DNA of 64,000 nucleotides from Granulicella sp. Lineage in GTDB: Bacteria > Acidobacteriota > Terriglobia > Terriglobales > Acidobacteriaceae. Numbering within the stretch: position 1 is the stretch's first letter; every line of letters begins with the position of its first letter. Shown here in pieces: positions 8,548-20,211 of this stretch. The DNA is taken from assembly GCA_027339965.1 (NCBI GenBank), contig DAHWNL010000053.1:1-64000 (forward strand), in the 5' to 3' direction. Position numbers and translations under genes: made by a program. The notes beneath the pieces are model-generated. The model saw only the letters and a list, made by a program, of their open reading frames with translations, did not search any database and was not told the DNA's origin.

Positions 8548-10200
8548 ATGGCAAGTGCTCTGTATCAGTCGATTGAGAATTTGAGCCGGGAGAAGGGGAT
8601 TGACCCGGAGATTGTTGTCGGCGCCGTGGAAGATGCGATTGCGTTGGCGACGCGCAAATACTACAAGACCGTCGAGAGCATGCGCGGAGAGTTGGACCGC
8701 GAGAGCGGCGAGATTCGCGCCTACGTCTTCAAGACCGTCGTAGAGACGCCCGAGCAGGTGGAAGATCCTGACAACCAACTAACCCTTGAGCAGGCCCGCG
8801 AACTTGCGCCCGAGGTGGAAGTGGGCGCAGAGCTGCACTTTTACAAGGACACCACGCCATTGGGACGCATCGCCGCCCAGATGGCCAAGCAGGTGATCTT
8901 CCAGAAGGTTCGCGAGGCCGAGCGTGACACCGTGTTCAATGAGTATGCCCATCGCGCCGGCGAGATTCTTACAGCCACTGTCAAGCGGCTGGAGCCCATG
9001 GATGTGATCTTCGATCTGGGCAGGGCCGAGGCCCGGATGCCCAAGCGCGAGCAATCCCGGCTGGAGCAGTTTTCCGTGGGAGAGCGGGTGCGCGTGGTGC
9101 TGTTGCGGGTGGATCGCGCCGCCAAAGGACCGCAGGTGATCGTCTCGCGCGCAGCTCCCGGGCTGGTGCAGTCGCTCTTCCAGTCGGAGGTTCCGGAGAT
9201 CTATGACGGGACGGTCACGATCCGCGCCATTGCCCGCGAGGCTGGCGAGCGGACTAAAATCGCCGTGATGAGCCGGGATAAGGATGTGGATCCGGTGGGC
9301 GCCTGTGTTGGCATGAAGGGGATGCGCGTGCAATCGATCATCCGCGAGCTGCGCGGCGAGAAGATTGACATCATTGAGTACTCTGACGAGATCACGATCT
9401 TTGCGGAGAAGGCTCTGCAGCCGGCCAAGGTCTCCCGCGTCTCTGTGACGGATGTGGCGGAAAAGCAGCTTGAGGTCATCGTGGATGACACGCAGCTCTC
9501 CCTGGCCATCGGCAAGAAAGGCCAGAACGTTCGCCTGGCCGCGAAGCTGTTGGGATGGAAGATCGACATCAAGAGCGAAGAAGAGAAGCGCCAGGAGGTC
9601 GAGCAGCAGATGCAAGCCATGGGCGGTGGACCATCCACGCCCATCGAGCAGGTCACCGAGCTGGGTGAGGCGGTCATGGAGAAGCTGATTGCCGCCGGTA
9701 TCACCACCGTGGAGTCGCTGGCGGATATGACCGCCGAGGAGCTCAGCGAGATCCAGGGCATCGGGGAAAAGACGGTGGAGAAGATTGCGGTGGCCGTACG
9801 GCACTACTTTGGACAGTACGAGGAGGGAGAGGAGCGGCCGCCGGCCGTCATCCCGTCCGCAGCGGCTGCGGAGCCGGCCACGCTTTCCGGCGAAGAAGCG
9901 ATGGTCGCCGCCTTGGCATCCGGCCCGAAAGAGGATCCAATGCTATCCCACGTCAGTACGCCCGAACAGCTTCTGGCTCAGCAGGTTGGCGATGCAGGCT
10001 CGGCCCGTGAGGTCAGCGACTTTTCAACCGAGGATATTGCGGATGCCGAGAACCGGATCTCCGAAGTGGATGCCAATGACGCCGGAGATGCTCGCGAAGC
10101 GGATATTGAGATGAACAATGAGATCGTGGATCAACTCGTGGACCAGGCCCAAGAGGTCTCCGACGAGGGCCCCGATGAACCAGGGCATGCCCGGGAGTGA
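8548..10200 (+). CDS. nusA: Transcription factor NusA
   Basis: GRIAAQMAKQVI, AREAGERTKIAV, DPVGACVGMKG.RV, LSLAIGKKGQNVRLA; long acidic C-terminus. Confidence 0.98.
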   Translation: MASALYQSIENLSREKGIDPEIVVGAVEDAIALATRKYYKTVESMRGELDRESGEIRAYVFKTVVETPEQVEDPDNQLTLEQARELAPEVEVGAELHFYKDTTPLGRIAAQMAKQVIFQKVREAERDTVFNEYAHRAGEILTATVKRLEPMDVIFDLGRAEARMPKREQSRLEQFSVGERVRVVLLRVDRAAKGPQVIVSRAAPGLVQSLFQSEVPEIYDGTVTIRAIAREAGERTKIAVMSRDKDVDPVGACVGMKGMRVQSIIRELRGEKIDIIEYSDEITIFAEKALQPAKVSRVSVTDVAEKQLEVIVDDTQLSLAIGKKGQNVRLAAKLLGWKIDIKSEEEKRQEVEQQMQAMGGGPSTPIEQVTELGEAVMEKLIAAGITTVESLADMTAEELSEIQGIGEKTVEKIAVAVRHYFGQYEEGEERPPAVIPSAAAAEPATLSGEEAMVAALASGPKEDPMLSHVSTPEQLLAQQVGDAGSAREVSDFSTEDIADAENRISEVDANDAGDAREADIEMNNEIVDQLVDQAQEVSDEGPDEPGHARE

Positions 10201-10388
10201 AGCACCAACCAGACCAACGCGATGCTGACCGGCAAAGGCCGATCCGATGGCGTTGCCAAGAAGATGGAAATACCCGCCGGACGGCTGAAAACTTAACCGA
10301 TTCAAGGGATAATAACCTTGAACGAACTCCTACTTCGATTGAGGCTGATATGAACAGCTAAGTGCGCAGTGGAACCGAAAAGGGACGG

Positions 10389-13300
10389 ATGAGCAAAGTT
10401 CGCATCAACGATCTGGCACGTGAGTTAGAGGTCAAGAGCAAATCCATTCTGGATGCTCTGATCGCGGTTGGCGTTACCGAAAAGAAGACGCACTCGAGCT
10501 CCATTGAGGTGGATGAAGCCGACAAGGTGCGTGAGTACTTCAACAGCCACGGGGCCCGCTCGGCTCGGACCACGCAGCCTGAAGCACGATCTGCGTTCAA
10601 CCTCTCGCATATCTCCAAGCCGGGAGATGCGCTCAAGGCGATTCTGGAGCGCAAGCAGGCGGAACAGGCAGCCAGAATGGCGCCGCCGGCCCGGCCTGCG
10701 GTCACGGTGGCCAATCCGGCCGGCCGCCCTCCAGTGGTCGCCAAACCGGCCGCGGCGGCTCCCGCCGGCACGACTCCCACAGGCGCGCGGCCGGTTGTTT
10801 CCAGCCCCAAAATGGCCGCGCCCGCGGCACAGGCTCCAACCGCGCCTGTTTCTTCTGCGGCCTCTGCCGTCAGCACCGACGCGGCCAGTCCCGCCGCCAC
10901 GTCTGACGCTCCCGCGCCCAGGCGGATTGTTCCCATTCCGCGGCCGGCAACGCCCAACTTTGTGGTCCCTCCGGCGATTGCCAACCGGCCCGTGGCCGGG
11001 CCTGTGGTGGCAAAGCCGCCCGTGGCCACGCCGCCCGCTCCGGCAGTGGCTTCCGCGCCCCCGGCCGAGCCGGTCGTCGTCAAGCCTGCGCCTTCGGCGC
11101 CCCACTCTTCCGCAGCCGCTTCCGCCATGGAATCTGCTGAAGCGGAACCTGCGGCACCCTCGCAGGGAGCATCTGCTGCCGCGGCGGTGCCGGCACAGCG
11201 GCGTGTCGTGATGCCGCAAACGGGCCCACGGCCAACTTACAGTGCCCCGGCAACGCCGCCGGGAGCCATGCGTACACCCATCTTCCAGCGTCCGCGCCCC
11301 GGCGGCGGGCCAGGCGTGCGTCCGGCTGCGGCTCAGGGGGTGCGCCGGCCGATGCATCCGACGCGTTCATTCCCGGGCGGGCCCGGGAGTGGTTCGGCGG
11401 GTCCGGGGTACTCTCCACGTCCGGGATTTGGCGCGGGCCGCCCCGGGTTTGGCCCCCGCCAGGGAGTCTCTCCGGGAGGCTTGATGCCTGCCCCGAGTGA
11501 GGCTCCGGGACCCAGCCGTCCAGCGCGGGCTGGACAGCGCGGGCGCGGAGCGCCGCGCTATGAAAAGAATAAGGAGGTTGCGCTCAAGGGCTACAACGCT
11601 CCCCGTTTTGGAGCGCCGCAGATCCCGCAGGGCGAGGTGCCCATCACCAAGTCCATCACCGTCACGGAGGGGATTTCGGTCAAGGATCTGGCGGAAAAGT
11701 TGAGTGTGCGCGGTAAGGACCTGATCGCGACCCTGCTCATGAAAGGGGTCATGGTAACCGTCAACCAGTCGCTGGACGGCGAACTAGTCAAGGAGGTCTC
11801 TCGCCAGTTTGGCTCCGATGCTACGGTGATCTCCGTCGAAGAGCAACTGGAGAACGAGGCCATCGAAGGACTGCTAGAGGACACCGCGAACATGGTGGAG
11901 GTGGTGCGGGCTCCGGTGGTCACCATCATGGGCCATGTGGACCACGGCAAGACGTCGCTGCTGGACGCGATCCGCTCCACGGATGTGGCGGCGGGCGAGG
12001 CCGGCGGCATCACCCAGCATATCGGCGCTTACAAGGTAAAGATCAACGATCCCAACTCGCCGGCCTTTGGACGCGAGATCGTCTTCCTGGATACTCCGGG
12101 CCACGAGGCCTTCACCCGCATGCGCGCCCGGGGGGCCAAGATCACGGACATCGTGGTGGTGGTGGTGGCGGCCGATGACGGCGTGATGCCGCAGACCCTG
12201 GAGGCGATCGACCATGCCCGGGCGGCCAAGGTGCCGATGATTGTGGCGGTCAACAAAATTGACAAGCCTGAGGCTGATCCCAGCCGGGTGATGAACCAAC
12301 TCGCCGCGCGCGGCGTGCAGGCTACCTCCATGGGCGGCAACATCGAGTTTGTCCAGGTCTCGGCCAAAAAGAAGATTAATTTGGCCGGATTGGAAGAGAT
12401 GATCTGCCTGGTGGCCGATACCAATGAACAAAAGGCCACCCCGGAACGTCCGGCTGTAGGGACGGTCATTGAAGCCAAGCTGGATCGTGGACGCGGCGCG
12501 GTGGCGTCGATCCTGGTGCAGAACGGGACACTGCGCACCGGCGACAGTTACATCGTCGGCAATACCTTCGGCAAGGTGCGCGCCATGTTCAATGACCGCG
12601 GACAGGAGATCAAGGAGGCCGGGCCATCCACGCCGGTGGAGATCCTCGGCCTGGAGAACATCCCGGACGCCGGCGATACCTTCCTGGTAATGGCGGACCG
12701 CGACAAGGCCAAGGGCATTGCCCAGTACCGCAAGATGAAGGAGCGCGAGGCGCAACTCGCCAAGAGCTCGCGAGTCTCCCTGGAGGGCTTGGCCGAGCAG
12801 ATCAAGCAGGCCGGGATGAAGGACCTCAACCTGATCCTCAAGGGCGACGTGCAGGGCTCGGTGGAGGTGCTGGCCGACTCGCTGCAGCGGATGTCCACCG
12901 AGAAGGTTCGGGTGAAGGTGCTGCACTCCGGTGTGGGCGCCATCACGGAGTCGGATATTCTGCTGGCCTCGGCTTCCAACGCGGTGGTCATCGGCTTCAA
13001 TGTGCGGCCCGACCGCAAGGCGACCGAGGTGGCCGAGCGGGAGAATGTGGAGATCCGTTTGCACTCCATCATCTACGAGCTGCAGGACGAGATTACCAAG
13101 GCCATGTATGGCCTGCTGGAGCCGGTCTTCAAGGAGAACTACGTTGGCCGGGCTACGGTGCTGAACGTCTTCAAGATCACCAAGGTCGGCCAGATCGCCG
13201 GCTGCCAGGTAACCGACGGGCTCATCCGGCGGGACAACCAGGTGCGCGTGCTGCGCGAAGGCGAAGAGGTCTGGAAGGGCAAGATCACCTCGCTCAAGCG

Positions 13301-13523
13301 CTTCAAGGACGATGTCTCCGAGGTGCGGCAGGGCGTGGAGTGCGGTATCGACCTTGCCGGCTTTAAGGAGATCAAGGTCGGAGATGTGATCGAAGCCTTT
13401 ACCACCGAGAAGATGGCCGGCGAACTGGGCCGCAGCTCTGCTGAGATCAAGAAGGAGCGCGACCTGGCAGCCCTCAAGGATGCGCAGGATCCGGACAACA
13501 AGGCAGCTCAGATCGAGGCGTAG
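10389..13523 (+). CDS. infB: Translation initiation factor IF-2
   Basis: [49 protein letters not shown]. Confidence 0.99.
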   Translation: MSKVRINDLARELEVKSKSILDALIAVGVTEKKTHSSSIEVDEADKVREYFNSHGARSARTTQPEARSAFNLSHISKPGDALKAILERKQAEQAARMAPPARPAVTVANPAGRPPVVAKPAAAAPAGTTPTGARPVVSSPKMAAPAAQAPTAPVSSAASAVSTDAASPAATSDAPAPRRIVPIPRPATPNFVVPPAIANRPVAGPVVAKPPVATPPAPAVASAPPAEPVVVKPAPSAPHSSAAASAMESAEAEPAAPSQGASAAAAVPAQRRVVMPQTGPRPTYSAPATPPGAMRTPIFQRPRPGGGPGVRPAAAQGVRRPMHPTRSFPGGPGSGSAGPGYSPRPGFGAGRPGFGPRQGVSPGGLMPAPSEAPGPSRPARAGQRGRGAPRYEKNKEVALKGYNAPRFGAPQIPQGEVPITKSITVTEGISVKDLAEKLSVRGKDLIATLLMKGVMVTVNQSLDGELVKEVSRQFGSDATVISVEEQLENEAIEGLLEDTANMVEVVRAPVVTIMGHVDHGKTSLLDAIRSTDVAAGEAGGITQHIGAYKVKINDPNSPAFGREIVFLDTPGHEAFTRMRARGAKITDIVVVVVAADDGVMPQTLEAIDHARAAKVPMIVAVNKIDKPEADPSRVMNQLAARGVQATSMGGNIEFVQVSAKKKINLAGLEEMICLVADTNEQKATPERPAVGTVIEAKLDRGRGAVASILVQNGTLRTGDSYIVGNTFGKVRAMFNDRGQEIKEAGPSTPVEILGLENIPDAGDTFLVMADRDKAKGIAQYRKMKEREAQLAKSSRVSLEGLAEQIKQAGMKDLNLILKGDVQGSVEVLADSLQRMSTEKVRVKVLHSGVGAITESDILLASASNAVVIGFNVRPDRKATEVAERENVEIRLHSIIYELQDEITKAMYGLLEPVFKENYVGRATVLNVFKITKVGQIAGCQVTDGLIRRDNQVRVLREGEEVWKGKITSLKRFKDDVSEVRQGVECGIDLAGFKEIKVGDVIEAFTTEKMAGELGRSSAEIKKERDLAALKDAQDPDNKAAQIEA

Positions 13524-13825
13524 TGGCTCGGCGGGAATCAAGTTGGGCTGATGGCGGCTTTTGTTTTGACGAGATCTGGAAGAGCAGTTTGTTGTGCGCT
13601 CGCCACGGGCTCCGCCAACCAAGGATCCGTGCGAGCCGGACGATTTGCTCTGGTTGCTGAAGAACGGGTCGCCTGCGGCTTGACCTTTGGGGGCCGTTTC
13701 GGCGATTCCGATTTCTGACGGATCAAGCCGGGGGGTAACAGCTTTTGTCCGTTCTTGAGCAAGAAGCCGGCAGGCTCTTGTTCATTGAGTCTCCCTCGCT
13801 TGCGGAGAGTGCGGAGGGCGGAAAG

Positions 13826-14971
13826 ATGAAAAAAGCAGTCGCAATGCTGTTGGGAGCGTGGAGCGCAGTGTGTCTGACGCAGGCGCAGCAGGGAAGCTGG
13901 ATGCCGGACCTGACGCGGCAACAAGACTACAACTGGCACTTGTCGTCGAGCTTTGAAAAGACGGGCGGCAACGCCGACTCTCTGGCGCTGAATCCTGGGC
14001 AGACCCTGACGGTGTTGGATACCGATGGGCCGGGGATGGTGTCGCACATCTGGTTCACCATTAACGATCGGGAACCTTACTACCTTAAGCGCATTGTGCT
14101 GCGCATGTACTGGGATGACGAGAAGGATCCGAGCGTAGAGACACCGATCGGCGATTTCTTCGGGCTGGGTCTCGGCATCTCTTATCCGTGGCAGTCGGAA
14201 GTGCTTTCCGTGGGCAACAGCGGCGCGCTGAATTGCTTCTTTCCGATGCCGTACCGGCATCACGCGCGCATCACTTTGACGAATGAGGGCAAGGAAGCCG
14301 CAAACAATCTTTACTGGAACATCGAATACCGGACTTACTCCCATGCGCTGCCTGCGGACACACTCTACTTCAACGCGGAGTACCGGCAGGCGCAGCCGAA
14401 TCATGGATGGACGAATTAATGGTACACAAACGGCGACCCTTTGGTGAATTATCACAGAAATCCAAACGGAACAGATAACTATGTATGGTTAGAGGCCAAT
14501 GGGCACGGCCAGTACGTGGGCGTGACGATGTCGGTCCTGCAAAACCAGGATGGCTGGTGGGGCGAAGGCGATCCGATGTTCTTCATCGATGGAGATAAGA
14601 CGCCTGTCATCGGCACCGGCTCAGAGGATTATTTTCTTGGCGCGTGGGATTTTGGCGGCAAGCCGTTCTCCTACTCGCTGTATGGAGCGCCTGTGGTGGG
14701 CAGGGAACTGGCCGGCAGCCGTTCGAGTGTTTACCGCTTTCATCTGGATTCGCCGATTCCGTTTAGGAAGCATTTCAAGGCGACGATCGAGCACGGGAAT
14801 GCGAATGACCGATCGGATAATTTTTACTCGGTCGCATACTGGTATCAGTCGGAGCCGCACCTGCCGTTGCCGCCACTGCCTTCGATGGATGACCGGATTC
14901 CAACTTTGCAGATTGTAGGCGGCCCCGGCAACGCGAAGGCCGGCAAGCCGTCGGGGCTGACACCGAAATGA
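13826..14971 (+). pseudogene. Secreted DUF2961/GH172-like glycoside hydrolase with one in-frame TAA (14417-14419)
   Basis: Signal peptide; GPGMVSHIWFT, LRMYWD..PSVETPIGDFFG, NCFFPMPY, WWGEGD, GTGSEDYF, YRFHLDSPI.F, IEHG; both halves are in the same frame across the TAA. Confidence 0.85.
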
Positions 14972-15216
14972 GGGGAATTGGGATCTTTTGGTCCCAACTG
15001 AACCACACAATCGATCCCTCGATCCGTCTCGCAATCTTTGGCGTGAAGAGGGTAGCCGTTCGTTTTGTCTGCCCACAAAGACTCAACGCGTTTCCATTCC
15101 TCTTTCAGAACCCGTGACACCGGCAACAGCACAGACCCGTTGCCCCCGGCCATCCATACTCACGTCGTCGTAAAGCAAAAGCATCTGCTCTTCCGTCCTC
15201 AGGACTTGGGCGCGGT

Positions 15217-16536
15217 TTACTTGCGCAGCCTGCCCGTGTAGACGCGGTCGTGCGTCAGATCCAGGGTGAGGCTGCCCACGTTGGAGATCATGTCGCGGCC
15301 CAGGCTGCCTTCAAACTCGTCGTCCAGGTTGTGCTGTGCGGCGGTGTAGACGGGAACACGCTGCAGATCGACAGTGTGGCCGGCCAGCCTCAGCTCCGCA
15401 TCGTCCAGCAGATCGACACTCTGGGTAGCTTCGCCTCCGGCGCCGGCGCTGCGGATGGTGGCTTGCGTGGGGTAGAGGAAGTCCGCGCGGAAGTCGCGGT
15501 AGTAGGGGAAATAGAACGTGGAGGAGTGGGCGCCGGAGTCAAACAGGAAGCTGCGATGAAGACCGTGGGTACCGCACGAGAACAGCACGTTGAGCTTCTC
15601 CATGTAAATGGGGGAAGAGCGGTTCCGGTGACGGGAAGCCTTGTCCGTCGAGGGTAGCAGGCTGCCGGCCTGGAAGCGGTGACGGGCGAAGCGAATGTCG
15701 CCCAGGGACTGGAAGACCGGATAGCCCAGGATCGCGGGGATCCGATAGCGCTTCTTTCTCCCGGCTTCAAAGGTGAGGTTGGCGTCGGGGAGGATCAGGA
15801 TTACCAGATTGTGCAGAGTGGCATGGCCGATCAATAGGGTATCGATGATGGCTGTGTGGAGCGGGTTCTCCGCTCCCGTGGCGCCCTCGGTCTGGGCGGC
15901 GCCGCGGCTCGGGGTAAGGCCGAGTTGGCGGGCGAAGGAGGCTGAAACAGTTGAGAAATTGGCGCCGGTGTCCAGAATCCAGGGCGCCGTCACGCCATGC
16001 ACGGTCAGATCGACGGTAATGTCATGCAGCGGATCAGAGTGGGTGTGGAGATCGACCTCTGGGACTCCCGGGGCCGAGTGGTCGAAGCTGATGGTCTGGG
16101 CAGGAGCATTCGCCAGGAGCTTCAGCGTAGCGCTGTCGTCCTGGTCATCTTTCAGCATCTCTGGAGGCAAGCCGTCGGCGGCTGTGCTCAGCAGACGGCT
16201 GTACAGTTCGCCGGCCTGGCCGTAGCGGAAGAGCTTCACGTTCACGTCGGCCAGCGAGCCCAGCACCAGCGCCCGCCGAGAGGCCGAGAGAGTGGCGTCG
16301 GAGAGCAGCGGGGTCAGCAGCCGAATCGCGTCCTCAAAGCGGCTGGTGCGGTCGGCCAGCACACCGGCAAAGAGATCGTGGATCTCTCCCGGTGGGGTCT
16401 GGAGCAGATCTGCCGCCAGATCATCGTAGCGCAACTGACTAGCGTCCTGGTCCAGACGGGTCGAGGCGGGGGATTGTGTGAGTGCGCGGGAGACAAACAG
16501 CAGCATACAAAACACAAGGGCGAGTAGACGGCGCAT
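15217..16536 (-). CDS. Secreted retropepsin-like aspartyl protease (two aspartyl domains)
   Basis: Signal peptide; ILDTGA...ILG and LFDSGA...SLG motifs. Confidence 0.8.
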   Translation of the reverse strand: MRRLLALVFCMLLFVSRALTQSPASTRLDQDASQLRYDDLAADLLQTPPGEIHDLFAGVLADRTSRFEDAIRLLTPLLSDATLSASRRALVLGSLADVNVKLFRYGQAGELYSRLLSTAADGLPPEMLKDDQDDSATLKLLANAPAQTISFDHSAPGVPEVDLHTHSDPLHDITVDLTVHGVTAPWILDTGANFSTVSASFARQLGLTPSRGAAQTEGATGAENPLHTAIIDTLLIGHATLHNLVILILPDANLTFEAGRKKRYRIPAILGYPVFQSLGDIRFARHRFQAGSLLPSTDKASRHRNRSSPIYMEKLNVLFSCGTHGLHRSFLFDSGAHSSTFYFPYYRDFRADFLYPTQATIRSAGAGGEATQSVDLLDDAELRLAGHTVDLQRVPVYTAAQHNLDDEFEGSLGRDMISNVGSLTLDLTHDRVYTGRLRK

Positions 16537-16611
16537 GCTGGGCACAGTGTACTCGCCCGTGTTGTGGTCTTTGGGCGCCTGGCGAATCTGGATGCCCGGT
16601 GAGCACCAAGC

Positions 16612-17598
16612 TCAGGCGCTTACCTTGGCTGTCCAGGGGCTGGCGCCCTCCAGCGCCCGGTTCACATTCTCGATGTTTTCCACTCCGGTGGTCTCCAGCC
16701 ACTTGCGGAAGGCGTCCGCGCCCTGCTTGGCATAGATGGGGATGCCGTCCTTCCAGGTAGCCCGGCCGCACAGTACGCCGTTGAAGGCCACGCCGGATTC
16801 GACGGCCAGTTCCAGGGTTTCGATGAAGACTGGGTTGGAGACGCCGGCGGAAAGGTAGATGAAGGGCAGTGTGGTGGTTGCGGCGGCGGCGCGGAAGTGG
16901 TCCAGAGCCTCGGCGCGGCTGTAAGCGGCCTGGCCCTTGCAGGCTTTGGTCCCTGAGACGAACTCCGTCACAATGGGAACTTCCACCTTGAGGACGTCGA
17001 CGCCGTAACGGGGCTTGGAGAACTCCTTCATCGCTCCGGCGACGATCGCCGGCTTCTTCCTTGCATACTCCACGGACTTTTCGTCGCCACCCTCGGCGTC
17101 GTAGCCGACGAACTCCAGGAAGAAGGGGATGTCGTGGGCGCGGCACTCGTCGCCGATGCGCTCAATCCAGGCATGCTTGATCTCATTGATGGCGGGCTTG
17201 TCAAAGGGAGTGTAATAGAGCAGGATCTTGATGCAGTCGGCACCGGCCTCGGCCAGACGGCGGACGCTCCACACATCCAGCAGGTCGGGAAGCCGTCCGG
17301 GAGTGTTGGCGTCGTAGCCGGTCTTCTCATAAGCCAGCAACAGACCCTTGCCGTTGCGGTGTTGCGCGGCGGGCAGGCCGTACTCGGGATCGAGCAGAAT
17401 GGCGGAGGCGTGATGGGTCAACACATCGGTGACCAGCGTCTTGAAGACCTCCAGGTCATTGCCGGTGGCCTCGGCGCCGCGTTCCTTGGCCAGGGACTTC
17501 TGCAGAGATCCGCGCTGATCCATAGCGGCGGCGGCAATGACGTTGCGCGCGTTGGAGACGGCCTTCAGGCCGGCCAGCTTTCCAGGTGTGATCTTCAT
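16612..17598 (-). CDS. lacD: Tagatose-1,6-bisphosphate aldolase
   Basis: AAAMDQRGSL, SAILLDPEYG, LLLAYEKTGYD, DVLKVEVP, PFIYLSAGV, GVLCGRATW. Confidence 0.92.
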   Translation of the reverse strand: MKITPGKLAGLKAVSNARNVIAAAAMDQRGSLQKSLAKERGAEATGNDLEVFKTLVTDVLTHHASAILLDPEYGLPAAQHRNGKGLLLAYEKTGYDANTPGRLPDLLDVWSVRRLAEAGADCIKILLYYTPFDKPAINEIKHAWIERIGDECRAHDIPFFLEFVGYDAEGGDEKSVEYARKKPAIVAGAMKEFSKPRYGVDVLKVEVPIVTEFVSGTKACKGQAAYSRAEALDHFRAAAATTTLPFIYLSAGVSNPVFIETLELAVESGVAFNGVLCGRATWKDGIPIYAKQGADAFRKWLETTGVENIENVNRALEGASPWTAKVSA

Positions 17599-17790
17599 GT
17601 TTCTCCTCATGCTGCGGAGTGCAGCAGAAAGTATCGCTGGGCGCACGCGGAGACCGATGCGCAACCAGACCATAGAGCGATTTCAACCGCAAATCGCCCG
17701 ATCAATATGATTGTACATACACCGGGCATCGCGGTGTGCTGCTGTGCGGAGATGCTGTCTGGCTCCCGGCCGCGCGCGGCCCGTGTGGCT

Positions 17791-18276
17791 CTACTTGCGC
17801 AGGTGATCGCGCAGGTCGCCGGCCAGCTTCACCAGGTTGCGCAGGCGGTGGGTCTGGGCCGGATTGGCCTCGCGCAGCGCCAGTTGCGCCTCCAGCAGGA
17901 GACCGGCCAGGGTCGCATTCAGTTCACTGCGTAGCTGTGAAAGGGCCGCCGTCTGGACTCTGGCAAACTCCTGCGAGCGCCGCGCGAGAGCGGCGCGGGC
18001 CTGACGAACGATACGCTCGGCGCTGGAGAGCGCCAGGTTGATCTCCAGCAGCGAGGCGCTGCCCGCATTCTGGTACATCTGCTCGATGGTTGTGGCATCG
18101 GAGGCCGCCATGCCTTCGTCGATCAGGATCAGGTCGAACTGCTTGCGCCGGACCGTGGTCAGCGCGGAGCGGCGATGGGGAAGGATGTGAACCTCTGCGC
18201 CCAGGCCCGTGCGCAGAGCCTCTGCGATTGGAATAGAAGCTTTCTCGGGAGCCATCAACAATAGATTGGGTAGCAT
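17791..18276 (-). CDS. Degenerate receiver-like protein with a His-less DHp-like tail
   Basis: FDLILIDE receiver-like strand; C-terminal LRSELNATLAGLLLEAQL resembles an H-box helix with Ser in place of His. Confidence 0.55.
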   Translation of the reverse strand: MLPNLLLMAPEKASIPIAEALRTGLGAEVHILPHRRSALTTVRRKQFDLILIDEGMAASDATTIEQMYQNAGSASLLEINLALSSAERIVRQARAALARRSQEFARVQTAALSQLRSELNATLAGLLLEAQLALREANPAQTHRLRNLVKLAGDLRDHLRK

Positions 18277-18546
18277 GCGGGGCGGGTGGTCTCCTTATTC
18301 GAAAGCCTTCCGTGGCGGAGGCTCCCGGATCTGCATTCCATCAACTTGTCAAACCGGCATCGGGCGCGGTGAGCTTTGTCTCTGTCCCCGCCGGGCAAGA
18401 AATCTTCCAAGGAATCTTCTTTGATCATCGCATCCGCAGGCTCTCAAGGTGGCTCTCAAGGTGCGGTTGGAATGCGCAAAGAGAGGTAGCCCAGGCCGCT
18501 GGGGCGCGGGCCGCCAGGCCCGCTCCGCGGGCGGAAGCCCCGAGGT

Positions 18547-20187
18547 TCAGGCGGACTCTTCTTCGAGGCCATACTCCTTGAGCTTGCGATAGAGGGTTGT
18601 CTTGCCGATGCCGAGCAGGCGCGCAGCCATCAACTTGTCTCCGTTGAGCTGGCTGATGGTATTCAGGATGGCCTGCTTTTCCATCTCAGCGATGGGCTGC
18701 ACGGCGGGCAGCTCCTCGGAGCCGGCCGCGCCGTCAACCCCTCGGGGGGACGGCTCCTTGCGATGTTGCCGGGCGTGGAGATGAAAGTCTCCCATCTGGG
18801 TGGGGAAGTCGGCGATGTGCAGCACAGGACCGCTGGAGAGCGAGCAGGCTCTCTCAATGGCCTGCTCCAGCTCCCGGACGTTGCCCGGCCAGTCGTACTC
18901 GGTCAGCAGGCGCAGCGCGTCATCGGCAAAGTGGTAACGGACGCCGTGCTCCGTCTTCATCCGCTCCAGGGTGTGCGCGGTCAGCAGTGGAATATCTCCG
19001 CGCCGCTCTCGCAGAGAGGGTACGCGGATGTTCACTACGTTCAAACGGAAGTAAAGATCCTTGCGGAAGCGGCCCGTCTCCACCAGGTGGGGCAGATCCC
19101 GGCTGCTGGAGGCCAGGATGCGAGCCGTCAACGGCGCTACGCCGGAGGTGACGGGGCCGGGACCGCTCCCTGGCCCGGCAGCGGAGCCGAACCCGGCTGC
19201 CGAAGGATCCGCCCCGATCGCGCGAACCTCCCGCTCCTGCAAGGCGCGCAGCAGCCGGCCCTGCAGGTCTAGGGGAAGATCCCCCACCTCATCCAGAAAG
19301 ACTGTGCTGCCCTCGATGCCAGCCAGCAACCCAATCTTGGAGCGAGTGGCCGTCGGCGTAGCTCCCTTGAGATAGCCGAAGAGTTCACCTTCAATCAATC
19401 CTGGAGCCAGTGATCCGCAGTCCACGGGGATGAAGGGCAGCTCGGCGTTGGCCCCGTTGGCATGAATCGAGCGGGCCACCAGCTCCTTCCCCGTGCCGGG
19501 CTCGCCAACGATCAACACCGGATGGGTGGTGCCGGCTACCTTGGAGAGAATGCGATAGAGCTTCTCCATGGGTGGGGAGTTGCCCACCAGATTTCCCCAT
19601 GCAGCGCCGGAGCGGAGCCGGTCGCGGAGCAGACGCGACTCGACATCGAAGGTGCGCCGCTGCGCCGCGCGCTGCAGCGTGTCTGAAAGCTCCTCCAGGG
19701 TGAAGGGCTTGGTCAGATAATCTCCAGCGCCGCTGCGCAGAGACTCCACCGCGGAGCCGACGGTGGCATAGGCGGTCATGATGATTACGATCGTCTGCGG
19801 ATGCTCGGCGCGAATGTCCTCCAGCAGAGCCAATCCTCCGCCCCCAGGCAGCTTGAGATCCAGCAGCAGGATGTCGATGGAGGAGTGAGCCAGGACCGTC
19901 CGCGCGGTGGAGACGGAGTCCGCTGTCTGGGTGGTAAAGCCCAGTCCGGCGGCGATCTCCGCGCAGGCGTTGCGCACCGGAGCATCATCGTCAACCACCA
20001 GGACACGCAGCGGAGGAAGGGGGAGAAGGTCGTTGGGCTGGCTCAGCAACGGCCGGAGTCCGGCCGGCGAAGCGGGGATGGTCGCGGCCTGCGAGGCGGC
20101 TTGCGCCATCCGTGGATCGATGGGCTGAGTCCCGCTGGAGGTAAGGCGCGTGCTGGAATCGCCAGGATGATGTTTGGATGGGAACAA
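18547..20187 (-). CDS. NtrC-family response regulator (REC-AAA+-Fis HTH), atypical
   Basis: VVDDD, LLDLKLP, LTKP; GEPGTGKE, FLDEV, WPGNVREL, LGIGKTTLYRKL; GAFTGA replaced by GATPTA. Start uncertain. Confidence 0.93.
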   Translation of the reverse strand: MFPSKHHPGDSSTRLTSSGTQPIDPRMAQAASQAATIPASPAGLRPLLSQPNDLLPLPPLRVLVVDDDAPVRNACAEIAAGLGFTTQTADSVSTARTVLAHSSIDILLLDLKLPGGGGLALLEDIRAEHPQTIVIIMTAYATVGSAVESLRSGAGDYLTKPFTLEELSDTLQRAAQRRTFDVESRLLRDRLRSGAAWGNLVGNSPPMEKLYRILSKVAGTTHPVLIVGEPGTGKELVARSIHANGANAELPFIPVDCGSLAPGLIEGELFGYLKGATPTATRSKIGLLAGIEGSTVFLDEVGDLPLDLQGRLLRALQEREVRAIGADPSAAGFGSAAGPGSGPGPVTSGVAPLTARILASSSRDLPHLVETGRFRKDLYFRLNVVNIRVPSLRERRGDIPLLTAHTLERMKTEHGVRYHFADDALRLLTEYDWPGNVRELEQAIERACSLSSGPVLHIADFPTQMGDFHLHARQHRKEPSPRGVDGAAGSEELPAVQPIAEMEKQAILNTISQLNGDKLMAARLLGIGKTTLYRKLKEYGLEEESA

Positions 20188-20211
20188 GATGCCATTTCCT
20201 TCTGGCCTGAT

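Noticed and set aside
8779..13622. Long antisense ORFs opposite nusA/infB (and similarly opposite bcs, GH27 and tamB, e.g. 60853-62355)
   Set aside because: Shadow ORFs typical of high-GC coding DNA; no motifs, and they fully overlap well-supported genes.
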